DNA of 57,606 nt. Source: Eubacteriales bacterium (lineage in GTDB: Bacteria; Bacillota; Clostridia; Oscillospirales; CAG-272). Below are positions 9,710 through 19,425 of the stretch, piece after piece; within the stretch, counting starts at the first letter, position 1; the number at the start of each line of letters is the position of its first letter. The stretch spans positions 1-57,606 of the forward strand of contig JAZODX010000210.1 in the NCBI GenBank assembly GCA_045597265.1, in the 5' to 3' direction. A program made the translations under genes and the position numbers. Below the pieces are notes generated by a model, which was given only the letters and a program-made list of their open reading frames with translations, made no database searches and had not been told where the DNA came from.

Positions 9710-10147
9710 TTATCCACAGTGTGCGCAGTGTCCGCAGCTTGCACAGTCGGGGAAGAGCGAGTGGTCGTATGCAATGCCGTTTCGGTCATAGTAATCCTTG
9801 AGTGCCGCTTTGATGGCTTCTTCTGCCAAGACCGAGCAATGCAGCTTGTGCGGCGGCAGGCCGTCAAGTGCTTCGGCGACGGCACGGTTGGTCAGCGCCA
9901 TAGCCTCGTCGATTGATTTTCCGCGGATCAGCTCGGTTGCCATTGAGCTTGATGCAATTGCACTCCCGCAGCCGAAGGTTTCAAATTTGACGTCGGCGAT
10001 GATCCCATCCTCAATTTTGAGATAGATCTTCATGATGTCGCCGCATTTGACGTTGCCGACCTCGCCGACCCCGTCCGCATCCTCAATCACACCGACGTTG
10101 CGGGGATTGCGGAAATGATCCATAACTTTTTCGCTGTAAAGTGCCAT
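9710..10147 (-). CDS. nifU: Fe-S cluster assembly scaffold NifU/IscU
   Basis: MALYSEKVMDHFRNPRNVG, GNVKCGD, FGCGSAIASS and LPPHKLHCS motifs. Confidence 0.9.
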   Translation of the reverse strand: MALYSEKVMDHFRNPRNVGVIEDADGVGEVGNVKCGDIMKIYLKIEDGIIADVKFETFGCGSAIASSSMATELIRGKSIDEAMALTNRAVAEALDGLPPHKLHCSVLAEEAIKAALKDYYDRNGIAYDHSLFPDCASCGHCAHCG

Positions 10148-10160
10148 AATATTCTTCCTT

Positions 10161-11348
10161 TCATGCAATAACAAAGCTTCGTTTTCCCGTCTCAAGATCG
10201 CGCCATACGGGAGAGATATTGCGCAGATAATTCACCGTTTCGGTGACGGCGCGAACGGTGTAGTCGATTTCTTCTTCGGTATTTTCGGCCGAGAGGGTCA
10301 GTCTGAGCGAGCCGTGGGCGATTTCGTGCGGTCTGCCGATGGCAAGCAGAACGTGGCTGGGGTCAAGCGAGCCGGAGGTGCAGGCCGAGCCGGAGGAGGC
10401 GCAGACGCCCTTGTCGTCAAGCATCAGCAGAAGCGATTCGCCTTCGATTCCCTCAAAGCAGAAGCTGACGTTGCCGGGCAGGCGGTGCTTGGCATCACCG
10501 TTGAGGGTACCGTGGGGAATACGGCGCAGACCGTCGATCAGACGGTCGCGCAGGGCAGTAATCCGCAGTGCGTCCTCGTCAACGTGCGCGCAAGCATCCG
10601 AGAAGGCTTGTGCCATGCCCACAATGGCGGGGATATTCTCGGTGCCGGCGCGTCGGCCGCGCTCCTGTGCTCCCCCCTCAATCAGCGCGGTCAAGCGGAT
10701 ACCGCGGCGGGCATAGAGAGCGCCGACGCCCTTGGGACCGTGGAATTTGTGCGCCGAGAGAGAGAGCAGGTCGATGTTCTGCTCCCGCACGTCAATACGG
10801 ATATGCCCCGCAGCCTGGACGGCGTCGGTATGGAAGAGAACTCCCTTTTCGCGGCAGATGCGACCGATTTCGGCAATCGGCTGTATCGTGCCGATTTCGT
10901 TATTGGCGTACATAACCGTAACGAGGCAGGTATCGGGACGAATGGCGGCGCCTACCTCCTCGGGGGAAACGACGCCGTTTTCGTGTACGTCGAGCAGGGT
11001 CACCGAAAAGCCTTCCTTTTGCAGCTTCTTAAGGGTGTGCAAAACGGCGTGGTGCTCAAAGGCCGTTGATACGATGTGCCGCTTCCCCTGCTTTTCGCCA
11101 AGGCGGGCGGCAGAGAGGATGGCCTGGTTGTCTGCCTCACTTCCGCCGGAGGTGAAGGTGATCTCGCGCGCCTCAGCCCCAAGCAGGACTGCAATTCTCT
11201 CTCTGGCTTCACTCAGCGCTTCTGCCGCACGCTGGCCGGCCGTGTGTAGGCTGGATGGATTTCCGTAGATTTCATTCATATAAGGAAGCATAGCTGCCAT
11301 GGCGGCTTCGCTCATTTTTGTGGTTGCGGCGTTGTCAAGATATATCAT
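10161..11348 (-). CDS. nifS: cysteine desulfurase NifS/IscS
   Basis: MIYLDNAATT, SAHKFHGPKG (PLP-binding Lys) and SSGSACTSG (active-site Cys). AAAGGAG RBS. Confidence 0.9.
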   Translation of the reverse strand: MIYLDNAATTKMSEAAMAAMLPYMNEIYGNPSSLHTAGQRAAEALSEARERIAVLLGAEAREITFTSGGSEADNQAILSAARLGEKQGKRHIVSTAFEHHAVLHTLKKLQKEGFSVTLLDVHENGVVSPEEVGAAIRPDTCLVTVMYANNEIGTIQPIAEIGRICREKGVLFHTDAVQAAGHIRIDVREQNIDLLSLSAHKFHGPKGVGALYARRGIRLTALIEGGAQERGRRAGTENIPAIVGMAQAFSDACAHVDEDALRITALRDRLIDGLRRIPHGTLNGDAKHRLPGNVSFCFEGIEGESLLLMLDDKGVCASSGSACTSGSLDPSHVLLAIGRPHEIAHGSLRLTLSAENTEEEIDYTVRAVTETVNYLRNISPVWRDLETGKRSFVIA

Positions 11349-11402
11349 GATGATCTCCTTTCGGATTCGACTCTTTTACCTACCTATTTGGTTGGTATAA
11401 AC

Positions 11403-11431
11403 AGTATACACTATTCAACCTACCTTGTCAA
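11403..11431 (-). promoter_or_regulatory. near-consensus sigma-A promoter of the nifS-nifU-rrf2 operon
   Basis: Minus strand reads TTGACA, 17 nt, TATACT. Confidence 0.6.
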
Positions 11432-11451
11432 TAGGTAAAACGAAAGTTTTT

Positions 11452-11488
11452 CAAAAAAATTCCGACGTGCAAAAAACACGTCGGAATT
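11452..11488 (-). terminator. rho-independent terminator downstream of the PHP-domain gene
   Basis: 12-bp perfect stem AATTCCGACGTG / CACGTCGGAATT followed on the minus strand by TTTTTTG. Confidence 0.6.
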
Positions 11489-11503
11489 GAGGAAAAGGCA
11501 ATT

Positions 11504-12595
11504 TTATTCGATCCAGATAGGATTGCCGATGGCAGCGGGAGAGCCGTCGCGCTCGCGGATCACCTCGGCGCGGTAGAAGCGGCGGGGCTGTGCTTCAATA
11601 GAGAGTGCAAAGGGAAGGGTGAGGGGGGCGGAGCAGGCAAGGCCGCGATCGGTGTGAATATCGACGCGGTAGGCCTCGTCGGGATCGAAGAGCAGGGGAT
11701 GAGCGTCATCAATTCGCAGATCAAGCGTCATGCCCTCGGTGTAGATGACCGTTGCACCGACCGGTGCACCGCCAAGGCACATCTTGATGCCGACGTAGCC
11801 TGCGTTGAGGTCGCCTGCGATCAGCTGACGGACGTAGGCAGGACCGTTCTTCTCCGCAGAGTAGACGGTATTGACACCGGTGTTCTCAGGGGTGTCGTGA
11901 TCATCGGAGGTGGAGGTATTGTAGACCTTTCTGCCTGCGTCAAGCAGCTCGATCCAGAGCTTGTAGTTGTCAATGGTGTGGGGATTGAGCTGATCCTTAT
12001 AGGAGGCGGTATAGATGGTTTCGATTGCCGTGCCGTTGCCGAAGAAATAGTCGTCGTTGTTCTCGCTTTCCATGCACTGCTTGGGGTGGGGATGGACGAA
12101 AGCGCCGCCCTCGGCGCGGATGGCCTCGACGACATCAAAGAAGCGTGCGCGCTCAACGCGGATATAGCCGAAGTGGCCTTCAACGCCGCCCTCAAATTCG
12201 AATACGTCGGGGAAAGCGTGCAGAATTTTCTCCAAGGATTCACGCTTCTGGAAAATCATCAGATAATGGAAGACCAGCTCGGGATCATGCCAGAGTCCTG
12301 CCGGCTCACTGCCGTAGAGGAAATACTCGGGGTCAAAGGAATCGAGGTACATATGGCGTACCTGACGGTGATCCATCAGCCCGATGAAGTCAATTTTCAG
12401 CTCCTTCATCGCGGTCAGCCATTCTTCGGGGGTGGTGTGGCCGTCGCTGGTACCGCCCGACTGGCTGTGGACGTGATAGTCGCCGTAATAGGCGGTTCGG
12501 CCGGCATACATCGCATCCAGCACCGTAAAATCGGGCGTGGATACGGTCTTGTGCGGATCGGCGGGGAATGTAAATTCGGGGATGATGTGTTTCAT
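11504..12595 (-). CDS. PHP-domain metal-dependent phosphoesterase-like protein
   Basis: YGDYHVHSQSGGTSDGHTTPEEW...IDFIGLMDHRQ, the HxH / DH metal-ligand pattern of PHP domains. Start set at MKHIIPEF; the RBS is weak. Confidence 0.55.
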   Translation of the reverse strand: MKHIIPEFTFPADPHKTVSTPDFTVLDAMYAGRTAYYGDYHVHSQSGGTSDGHTTPEEWLTAMKELKIDFIGLMDHRQVRHMYLDSFDPEYFLYGSEPAGLWHDPELVFHYLMIFQKRESLEKILHAFPDVFEFEGGVEGHFGYIRVERARFFDVVEAIRAEGGAFVHPHPKQCMESENNDDYFFGNGTAIETIYTASYKDQLNPHTIDNYKLWIELLDAGRKVYNTSTSDDHDTPENTGVNTVYSAEKNGPAYVRQLIAGDLNAGYVGIKMCLGGAPVGATVIYTEGMTLDLRIDDAHPLLFDPDEAYRVDIHTDRGLACSAPLTLPFALSIEAQPRRFYRAEVIRERDGSPAAIGNPIWIE

Positions 12596-12751
12596 AATCA
12601 GTACCGGGCACTCGGTTGGAGTGCGTCCTTTCTTTCCGCGGAAGGGAAGAGTATCGTTAAGGCTATTGTAGCACAACGAAAGAGAAAATGCAAGTCTCTG
12701 CGCGAAGGAAAGCGTGTTTTGCGCGGGCAATCTTTTTCAGAGTTCGTTTGC

Positions 12752-12780
12752 TTGACAGAGGGGACGAAGTGTAGTATAAT
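12752..12780 (+). promoter_or_regulatory. perfect consensus sigma-A promoter
   Basis: TTGACA, 17 nt, TATAAT. Confidence 0.65.
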
Positions 12781-12836
12781 GACATCGAATCTATCCGATT
12801 GGTATTGCTTCAATCGAACGGAAAGGATGCGTTTTG

Positions 12837-14573
12837 ATGCACTGTATACTTGATCATTGCAAATGGATTTCCGCAAACGACGGCACCCCCTGCCGTGTTT
12901 CGGTGACCGCCTCGGCCGGACGGACGTATGCACTCTATCTTGCCTGCACGGGCAGTTATGCCGTTTCGCTCGGCGGAGAGACGATTTGGTGCGGAGAGAT
13001 TTTTTCTCCGCAAAGCTTTCGGTATTATCATAAAATTGACCTGACCGACGTACTTGCGGAAGGGGAAAATGATCTTCTTATCTGTTCGGCGTCGGCGCTT
13101 TGCTTCGCCGTCACCGAGGACGGACGTACAGTTGCCGCAAGCGGCGAGGGAACGGCTGACGCGGCGGTGTGGCAGAAGCATCCCGCTTCGCCGCGGACGC
13201 TCGGCGTGCGCCTGCCGGCCCGTCTCTCGGCGTGGGGAACCTATCAGACGGACGGAAACGGAGGAGGGCGTGCATATTTCTCCGATCCCGCGGAAGCTGC
13301 GCCCATTCTGACGGCGGATGGAATTGTACTTTCGGCAGAGGAGGCGGATGGAGACGGTATCTGGTTTACCGTTTCGTTTGACGGGTATGCGGTCGGCTAT
13401 CCGGACGTTGAAATTGCGCTGCCTACTGCGTGCGATCTTCGCATCGGAGATGGTGTGTACAGCGCGCGTGCGGGAAAAAATCACGTTTTCGATCCCCTCA
13501 AGTGTGTTGAGTCGCGCGAGATGCGCATCCTGGTGCCGGCAAAATCGGTCACCGTCGGATACGTCGGCCTGCGTTCCGTCCGTTATCCCTTTGATCGCAC
13601 CTCGTATTTCACCTGCTCTGATCAGCTGCACAACCGTATTTATGCCGCCTGCGCCAAGCGCCTTGAGCAGGGGATGCTGATGGGGACGGACGAGTTTACC
13701 CCCGAACCGGCTCTGCGCAACCGTTTTCTCGGCGCCTATTGCACGGTTTACGAGCGTGCCATGCCCCGTGCCGCCCTGCGTGCAATGGCCGCACGTATCC
13801 GCGCAGAGGAGATCACCGATTCGATTTCCCTTGGCCGATTCGTGATTCTGCTCTACGAATACGGCTTTTATTCGGGCAATGTCGCCCTTGCCGCAGAACT
13901 GCTTGATCTGCCGAAGCGGATTATCGAGGTGCTTCTTGCCCGCCGTGATGCACGCGGTCTGCTTGATGCGGACGCTGCCGAGCCGAATCTTCTCCTCTCC
14001 TCGGCCCTTGCCGCAATGGCGGGAATCTGCCGTATGGTCAGCCAGGAAAAGGAGGCGACAGAGTATCTCACGCTTCGTTCCACGCTGAATCCGGTCATTG
14101 ATTCCGCTTTCCGACTCTGTGGAGCGGCCGACGGATATGCCGATGTGGGCGCATCGATGCCCGATCAGTATCTGAGCGCACTTGCCGTGCTCTGTGGGGT
14201 CTGCCCCGAGGAGAGGATCGATTCCGTTCTCGCATCAATCGCCGGAGAGGCGTGCACGGCGGCCGATCTTGTACACCGCATCTACGTGTACGACGCACTT
14301 ATGCTCCGTGCCGAAGCCTATGCGCAGACGGTTCTCGATGAAATCGCTGCCATCTGGGGTGAACGTATCTTCTCCGATAAGCTCTCGCCTGCCGACGCGG
14401 CCGTTCCGGTTTACGTATATTTCCGCTACGTTGCCGGTATTTGCCTTGTAGGCGACGGTCGGCTCAGATGTACGCGTAAGCCCGTTCCCTGCGGTATTCA
14501 CACCTTCGAGGCCGTGATGCAGACCGCACGCCGCAGTTACCGATCGGACAGCACGATGTTTGCCCGGACGTGA
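12837..14573 (+). CDS. hypothetical glycoside-hydrolase-like protein (alpha-L-rhamnosidase/GH78-like N-terminal region)
   Basis: RTYALYLACTGSYAVSLGGETIWCGEIFSPQSFRYYHKIDLTDVLAEGENDLLI resembles the N-terminal beta-sandwich of GH78 enzymes. The helical C-terminal half is compatible with an alpha/alpha barrel. GAAAGGA RBS. Confidence 0.4.
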   Translation: MHCILDHCKWISANDGTPCRVSVTASAGRTYALYLACTGSYAVSLGGETIWCGEIFSPQSFRYYHKIDLTDVLAEGENDLLICSASALCFAVTEDGRTVAASGEGTADAAVWQKHPASPRTLGVRLPARLSAWGTYQTDGNGGGRAYFSDPAEAAPILTADGIVLSAEEADGDGIWFTVSFDGYAVGYPDVEIALPTACDLRIGDGVYSARAGKNHVFDPLKCVESREMRILVPAKSVTVGYVGLRSVRYPFDRTSYFTCSDQLHNRIYAACAKRLEQGMLMGTDEFTPEPALRNRFLGAYCTVYERAMPRAALRAMAARIRAEEITDSISLGRFVILLYEYGFYSGNVALAAELLDLPKRIIEVLLARRDARGLLDADAAEPNLLLSSALAAMAGICRMVSQEKEATEYLTLRSTLNPVIDSAFRLCGAADGYADVGASMPDQYLSALAVLCGVCPEERIDSVLASIAGEACTAADLVHRIYVYDALMLRAEAYAQTVLDEIAAIWGERIFSDKLSPADAAVPVYVYFRYVAGICLVGDGRLRCTRKPVPCGIHTFEAVMQTARRSYRSDSTMFART

Positions 14574-14590
14574 GTCCTTTCCATATACTG

Positions 14591-14627
14591 AAAAGAAAAC
14601 CGCAGAGAAAATCTGCGGTTTTCTTTT
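14591..14627 (+). terminator. rho-independent terminator
   Basis: Stem GAAAACCGCAGA / TCTGCGGTTTTC followed by TTTTG. Confidence 0.7.
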
Positions 14628-14733
14628 GCGTGCGTCGACCGTCAAGAGAAAAACGGGAGGATTTTGGCGTATGCCTTGCGGCGGATCGGTCAAAACTAAT
14701 CCGGAAAATTCTCTCGATGATTTGGAGGAAACG

Positions 14734-15702
14734 ATGTGTACGGCAATTTTTGACGGTAACTTGTTCGGACGGACGCTTGATTTTGAATGCGGATTCGGGG
14801 AAAAGGTTGTTGCGATGCCGAGGGGCTATCGCTTTCCCTTTCCCGGAGGATATTCCCCGACGCGGCGGTATGCGCTGTTGGGAACTGCCCTTTCGATCGA
14901 AGGGGTTCCCCTATATTTCGATGCGGTAAATGAGGTCGGCCTTGCGATGGCGGGACTGCATTTTCCGGGATATGCGGTATACCGCCCGGGCGGGGAAGGG
15001 AAGTATGATATTCCCTCCTTTGCGCTGATTCCCTGGATTCTGGGGCAGTGCGGGACGGTGAAGGAAGCGGCGGCACTGCTTGAGAAAACCAACGTGACCG
15101 ACGATGCCTTTTCTCCCGATCTGCCGACGACGCCCCTGCACTGGATGATTGCCGGCAGACAGCGGGCTGTGACGGTGGAGGCAGTAAAGGAGGGGGTCAT
15201 GATCTATGAGAATCGATTCGGCGTTATGACGAATAATCCGCCCTTTCCTTATCATGAAACCCATCTTGCCGATTATCTCGGCCTGGATGCCGCCACGCCC
15301 GAGAATCGGCTTTGTGCGGCGCAGCCAATCACGCCCTATTCGAGAGGGCTCGGGGGAATGGGCCTGCCCGGCGATTATTCCTCCGCTTCGCGTTTCGTGC
15401 GTGCCGTTTTTGTCAAATCGCATACGGCAGGGGAGCGGACGGTCGACGGGGCAATCGGGCGATTCTTCCATCTTGCCGAAACGGTCTCGGTTCCGCGCGG
15501 CTGCGTCAGAGCTGAGAATGGGCGGGAGGTTTTTACGGTGTATACCTCCTGCGCGGATCTGGCGCGGCCGGCATATTATTTTACCACCTATGCGTGCAGA
15601 AGAATTGCCTGCGTATCTCTGCGGGCTGTGGATACCGATGCGGATACGCTCGCGGTTTTTCCGATGCGGGTGCGGGAGGATATTCTGGAGATGAACAGGT
15701 AA
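14734..15702 (+). CDS. choloylglycine hydrolase family protein (bile salt hydrolase / linear amide C-N hydrolase)
   Basis: Starts MCTAIF, giving the Cys2 Ntn nucleophile. GGAGGAA RBS ends 3 nt upstream of the ATG. Length of 322 aa is typical of BSH/PVA enzymes. Confidence 0.8.
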   Translation: MCTAIFDGNLFGRTLDFECGFGEKVVAMPRGYRFPFPGGYSPTRRYALLGTALSIEGVPLYFDAVNEVGLAMAGLHFPGYAVYRPGGEGKYDIPSFALIPWILGQCGTVKEAAALLEKTNVTDDAFSPDLPTTPLHWMIAGRQRAVTVEAVKEGVMIYENRFGVMTNNPPFPYHETHLADYLGLDAATPENRLCAAQPITPYSRGLGGMGLPGDYSSASRFVRAVFVKSHTAGERTVDGAIGRFFHLAETVSVPRGCVRAENGREVFTVYTSCADLARPAYYFTTYACRRIACVSLRAVDTDADTLAVFPMRVREDILEMNR

Positions 15703-15795
15703 GGCGGGGAATATCGGACAGGCAGACCTGACTATATATAGAATGTATACGGCCTCGCGCAAGGTGGTGTACAAATCAAGTCAGGAGGGATGAGG

Positions 15796-16284
15796 ATGTC
15801 TGCCGAAACCGGGCAAAAAATCAAAACTTATGCGATTGCGATTGCTATACCCGTGGCGGTCGGGCTTCTCTCGGCATGGCTGACCCGGGAGAGCATGGAC
15901 ATATATCGTGAGGTGGAAACACCGCCGCTGTCTCCGCCTTCCGTTCTTTTTCCCATTGTCTGGACTCTGCTTTACGTGCTGATGGGGATCAGCTCGGGCA
16001 TGGTTTGGCTGAATCGGCAAAGCGATCCGAGCGCGGCAGATGCGGGAATTGCTTATTATGCGGCAAGCCTTGCGTTCAATTTCGCATGGAGCATAATTTT
16101 CTTTAATTTCCGTCGGTTTCTCCTTGCCCTTCTGTGGTTACTCGTTCTGCTATGGCTTATTCTCCGCACCGTTTGGGCCTATCGGCGGGTTTCGGCGACG
16201 GCGGCCTATCTGCAGATTCCCTATGCCCTCTGGGTCGGGTTTGCGGGATATCTGAATTTGGGAATATGGTATTTGAACCGATAG
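15796..16284 (+). CDS. tspO: TspO/MBR tryptophan-rich sensory protein
   Basis: Five TM helices; PPLSPPSVLFPIVWTLLYVLMG and W-rich segments. AGGAGG lies 7 nt upstream of the ATG at 15796. Confidence 0.8.
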   Translation: MSAETGQKIKTYAIAIAIPVAVGLLSAWLTRESMDIYREVETPPLSPPSVLFPIVWTLLYVLMGISSGMVWLNRQSDPSAADAGIAYYAASLAFNFAWSIIFFNFRRFLLALLWLLVLLWLILRTVWAYRRVSATAAYLQIPYALWVGFAGYLNLGIWYLNR

Positions 16285-16287
16285 GTA

Positions 16288-16336
16288 AATACTCCCCAAC
16301 GGAATATCCGTTCGTTGGGGAGTATTTGCTTTTTTA
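16288..16336 (+). terminator. rho-independent terminator
   Basis: 14-bp stem AATACTCCCCAACG / CGTTGGGGAGTATT followed by TGCTTTTTT. Confidence 0.7.
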
Positions 16337-16362
16337 TATGGACAGAAAATTTTTTGCGGCGG

Positions 16363-16392
16363 TTGCATCGCGGGGGGAAACTGTGATATAAT
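16363..16392 (+). promoter_or_regulatory. sigma-A type promoter
   Basis: TTGCAT, 18 nt, TATAAT, with a TG-extended -10. Confidence 0.5.
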
Positions 16393-16409
16393 GATAGAAA
16401 AGGATGGCG

Positions 16410-16991
16410 ATGAAAATGAAAATATACGATATATCGCAGGAGGTGTTCGGCTGCGCCGTTTATCCCGGGGATCCCGCTCCCCGACGGGAGATCATTTCCG
16501 CAATGGATGAGGGTGCACCGTATAACCTGACTGCGTTCTCCATGTGTGCGCATAACGGAACGCATATCGATGCGCCGCGGCATTTTCTGTCGGATGGGAA
16601 AACAGTTGATGAGATTGCGCTGGAAAAGGTGACGGGAAGGGCCGTCGTCACGGCGTATGACGGCGTGCTGACGGCCGACGGTGCGAGAAGAGTCCTGCGC
16701 GAGACGGCAGCCGTGCGGATTCTCTTTCGGGGGAATACGGTTATTTCTCGGGAGGCGGCAGAGGTTTTTGCCGAGGCGGGCATTGACCTCATCGGCTGTG
16801 AATCGCAATCGGTAGGGCCCGAGAACGCACCGATGGAGGTGCATCGGATTCTGCTTGGTGCTGAGGTGGTTCTGCTTGAGGGAATCAGGCTTTCCGCCGT
16901 TGACGTCGGTGAATACTTTCTCTTTGCCGCACCGCTCGCCCTTGGCGGTGCCGATGGAGCACCGTGCAGAGCAATTCTGGTGAAAATGTAA
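16410..16991 (+). CDS. cyclase family protein (kynurenine formamidase-like)
   Basis: Has the HNGTHIDAPRHF metal-binding motif. Start is ambiguous among the ATGs at 16404, 16410 and 16416. Confidence 0.75.
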   Translation: MKMKIYDISQEVFGCAVYPGDPAPRREIISAMDEGAPYNLTAFSMCAHNGTHIDAPRHFLSDGKTVDEIALEKVTGRAVVTAYDGVLTADGARRVLRETAAVRILFRGNTVISREAAEVFAEAGIDLIGCESQSVGPENAPMEVHRILLGAEVVLLEGIRLSAVDVGEYFLFAAPLALGGADGAPCRAILVKM

Positions 16992-17019
16992 CGCATCCGG
17001 GAAGGAAAGGAAGAATTTT

Positions 17020-17475
17020 ATGCTGAAGGTTGGAGAAAAGGCGCCGTCATTTACGCTGTTCGATCAAAACGGACAAGCCGTGTCCCTGTCCGATTTTGCG
17101 GGAGAGAAGGTCGTGCTCTATTTTTATCCGAAGGATAACACGCCCGGATGTACGCGGCAGGCCTGTGCATTTGCGGATGCGTACGCGGCGTTCAGAGAGA
17201 GGGGGGTCAGGATAATCGGTATCAGCCGGGACAGCACTGCCTCGCACCGAAAATTTGCCGAAAAATATCAGCTTCCCTTTATTCTGCTCTCCGATCCCGA
17301 TCGGGAGGCCATCGAAGCGTACGGCGTATGGCAGGAGAAGAAGCTGTACGGTAAGGTCAGTATGGGCATTGTCCGCACGACCTTTGTCCTAGATGAAAAC
17401 GGGGTTGTCATTCGCGTGATGCCGAAGGTCAAGCCCGATACCAATGCGGCCGACATTCTGGCGGCACTTGCATGA
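17020..17475 (+). CDS. bcp: thioredoxin-dependent thiol peroxidase (peroxiredoxin Bcp)
   Basis: KVVLYFYPKDNTPGCTRQACAF, containing the PxxxTxxC peroxidatic Cys motif. Confidence 0.85.
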   Translation: MLKVGEKAPSFTLFDQNGQAVSLSDFAGEKVVLYFYPKDNTPGCTRQACAFADAYAAFRERGVRIIGISRDSTASHRKFAEKYQLPFILLSDPDREAIEAYGVWQEKKLYGKVSMGIVRTTFVLDENGVVIRVMPKVKPDTNAADILAALA

Positions 17476-17509
17476 CGCGATATGAACAGAACCGAGAGGA
17501 GAAATGACG

Positions 17510-18736
17510 ATGAAAGTTCTTATTTTACTGTTGGCACTTGTGGGAAGCCTTTATACGCTTATTCTTGAGGTCGTGCGGTACCGCTCGGCGAATAATCCGA
17601 CGCCGCAGAGTGTGGCGGACGTATATGATGCCGAAACCTATCAGACCTGGAAGAAATACAGCGCAGAGCATTGCCGCGCGGCAATTTTCTTTGCCTGTCT
17701 GAGCGGAGCGGTGACTCTTCTTCTGCTCTGCACCAACGTTTACGCCGCCTTTGCCTCGCTTTTCCCGACGGGGACCTTCTGGCAGCTGTTTGCGGTTGTT
17801 CTGCTTGAGACGGTAGTTGGCACGGTGATCGGTATTTTCCGGCATTACATCGAGACGATGGTTATCGAGCAGAAGTACGGCTTTAACCGCTCCACCGTGA
17901 AAACCTTCGTGCTTGATCAGGTGCGAGAGTTGATTCTCGGCTTCGCTCTCTCGCTCGGACTCACGTGGTTGATTGCGGTCTTCCATCGGATGATGGGGGC
18001 GTGGATGATTCTTTGCTTTGCCGCGGCCGTTTTTTGTGTTACGCTGCTGATTTCCTTCCTGTATCCGATTTTCAGTCGGATCGGCAATAAGTTCGTTCCG
18101 CTGGAGGAGGGAGAGCTGCGGGATCGGCTGATGAAGCTGCTGACCGATCATGGATATCGGGTCAAGGCAATTGAGGTGATGGATGCCTCCCGCCGCACCA
18201 CTAAGCTGAATGCGTATTTTACCGGCTTGGGCCGTATGAAGACCATCGTACTGTACGACAATCTCGTTGAGGCGATGGACACGGATGAAATCTGTGCGGT
18301 CTTTGCCCATGAGCTCGGCCACGGCTTACATAAGGACGTGCCGAAGATGCAGGTGATGAATGTCGGCAACCTCGTGCTGATGGCCGCGGCCGCTTGGCTT
18401 GCGGCGAGCTGTCCTGCCCTTCATACCGCATTCGGCTTTGCGGAGCTCAATTACGGCTTTGCCTACATTCTGACCGGGATCGGCATCGGGATTATTCAGC
18501 CGCTGACGGGGATGCTGACCAATGCCTACAGCCGTTCCGCCGAATACCGCGCCGACAGGCAGGCGGTGAAGGAGGGCTATGGCGAGGCCATGATAACGGC
18601 GCTGAAAAAGCTCGCACGGGATAATTTCGCGCATCTTGCGCCTTCTCCGATCAACGTGGTCATTGAATACAGCCACCCGCCGCTCGGCAACCGCATTGAG
18701 GCGGTTGCGCGCGCAATTGCACAGAGCGGAAAATAA
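17510..18736 (+). CDS. M48 family metallopeptidase (Ste24/HtpX-like CAAX protease fold)
   Basis: Multi-TM N-terminus and the HELGH zinc motif (FAHELGHGLH). Start at 17510 has better RBS spacing than 17504. Confidence 0.8.
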   Translation: MKVLILLLALVGSLYTLILEVVRYRSANNPTPQSVADVYDAETYQTWKKYSAEHCRAAIFFACLSGAVTLLLLCTNVYAAFASLFPTGTFWQLFAVVLLETVVGTVIGIFRHYIETMVIEQKYGFNRSTVKTFVLDQVRELILGFALSLGLTWLIAVFHRMMGAWMILCFAAAVFCVTLLISFLYPIFSRIGNKFVPLEEGELRDRLMKLLTDHGYRVKAIEVMDASRRTTKLNAYFTGLGRMKTIVLYDNLVEAMDTDEICAVFAHELGHGLHKDVPKMQVMNVGNLVLMAAAAWLAASCPALHTAFGFAELNYGFAYILTGIGIGIIQPLTGMLTNAYSRSAEYRADRQAVKEGYGEAMITALKKLARDNFAHLAPSPINVVIEYSHPPLGNRIEAVARAIAQSGK

Positions 18737-18755
18737 AATCAAAGGAGAGAACCCC

Positions 18756-19286
18756 GTGAATTTTACCGAAATTGCACAAGCAAGACAATCCTGCCGTCGG
18801 TACCGGGCCGGGATTGCCGTTGAGACCGAAAAGCTGGAGCGGATTCTGGCGTCTGCGCGGCTCGCGCCTTCTGCCTGTAACGGTCAGCCCTATCATATTA
18901 CCGTTTGCCGCGGAGAGGCGGCAGGGAAGGTTGCCCGTGCCGTACAGGGCATGGGGATGAACAAATTTGCCGAGCAGGTGCCCGTGATGCTGGTTATTTC
19001 AGAGATGCCCTACGTTGCGACGGCGGCACTGGGAGCAAAGGTCAAGGGCAACGATTACCGTTCGATTGATATCGGGATTCTGTCGGCGTATATCACGGCA
19101 GAGGCAACGGCACAAGGGCTCGGGAGCTGTATCCTCGGCTGGTTTGACGACGGTGAAATCCGTCGTATCTGCAGTCTTGACGGTGCGGTGCGTCTGGTGA
19201 TCACGCTTGGCTATGCGGCAGAGGATGATCCCCTGCGCCCCAAAAAGCGTAAGGATACAGACTTGCTCGTGCACACGGTCGAGTAA
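18756..19286 (+). CDS. nitroreductase family protein
   Basis: GTG start 6 nt after AAAGGAGAG. RQSCRRY...LAPSACNGQP is a nitroreductase N-terminal motif. Confidence 0.75.
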   Translation: MNFTEIAQARQSCRRYRAGIAVETEKLERILASARLAPSACNGQPYHITVCRGEAAGKVARAVQGMGMNKFAEQVPVMLVISEMPYVATAALGAKVKGNDYRSIDIGILSAYITAEATAQGLGSCILGWFDDGEIRRICSLDGAVRLVITLGYAAEDDPLRPKKRKDTDLLVHTVE

Positions 19287-19329
19287 AAACGCGCTTTCGC
19301 TGTTTCTTGCGGAAATGCCGGCCAAACAT

Positions 19330-19380
19330 AAAAAACTGTCGGCATACGCTCCGGATGGGGCGTATGCCGACAGTTTTTTA
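19330..19380. terminator. bidirectional rho-independent terminator between convergent genes
   Basis: 14-bp perfect stem CTGTCGGCATACGC / GCGTATGCCGACAG, flanked by AAAAAA and TTTTTT. Confidence 0.75.
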
Positions 19381-19425
19381 TGGATATTTAACCTTGCATA
19401 AAATATGCTTGTGCGGTATTGCGGA

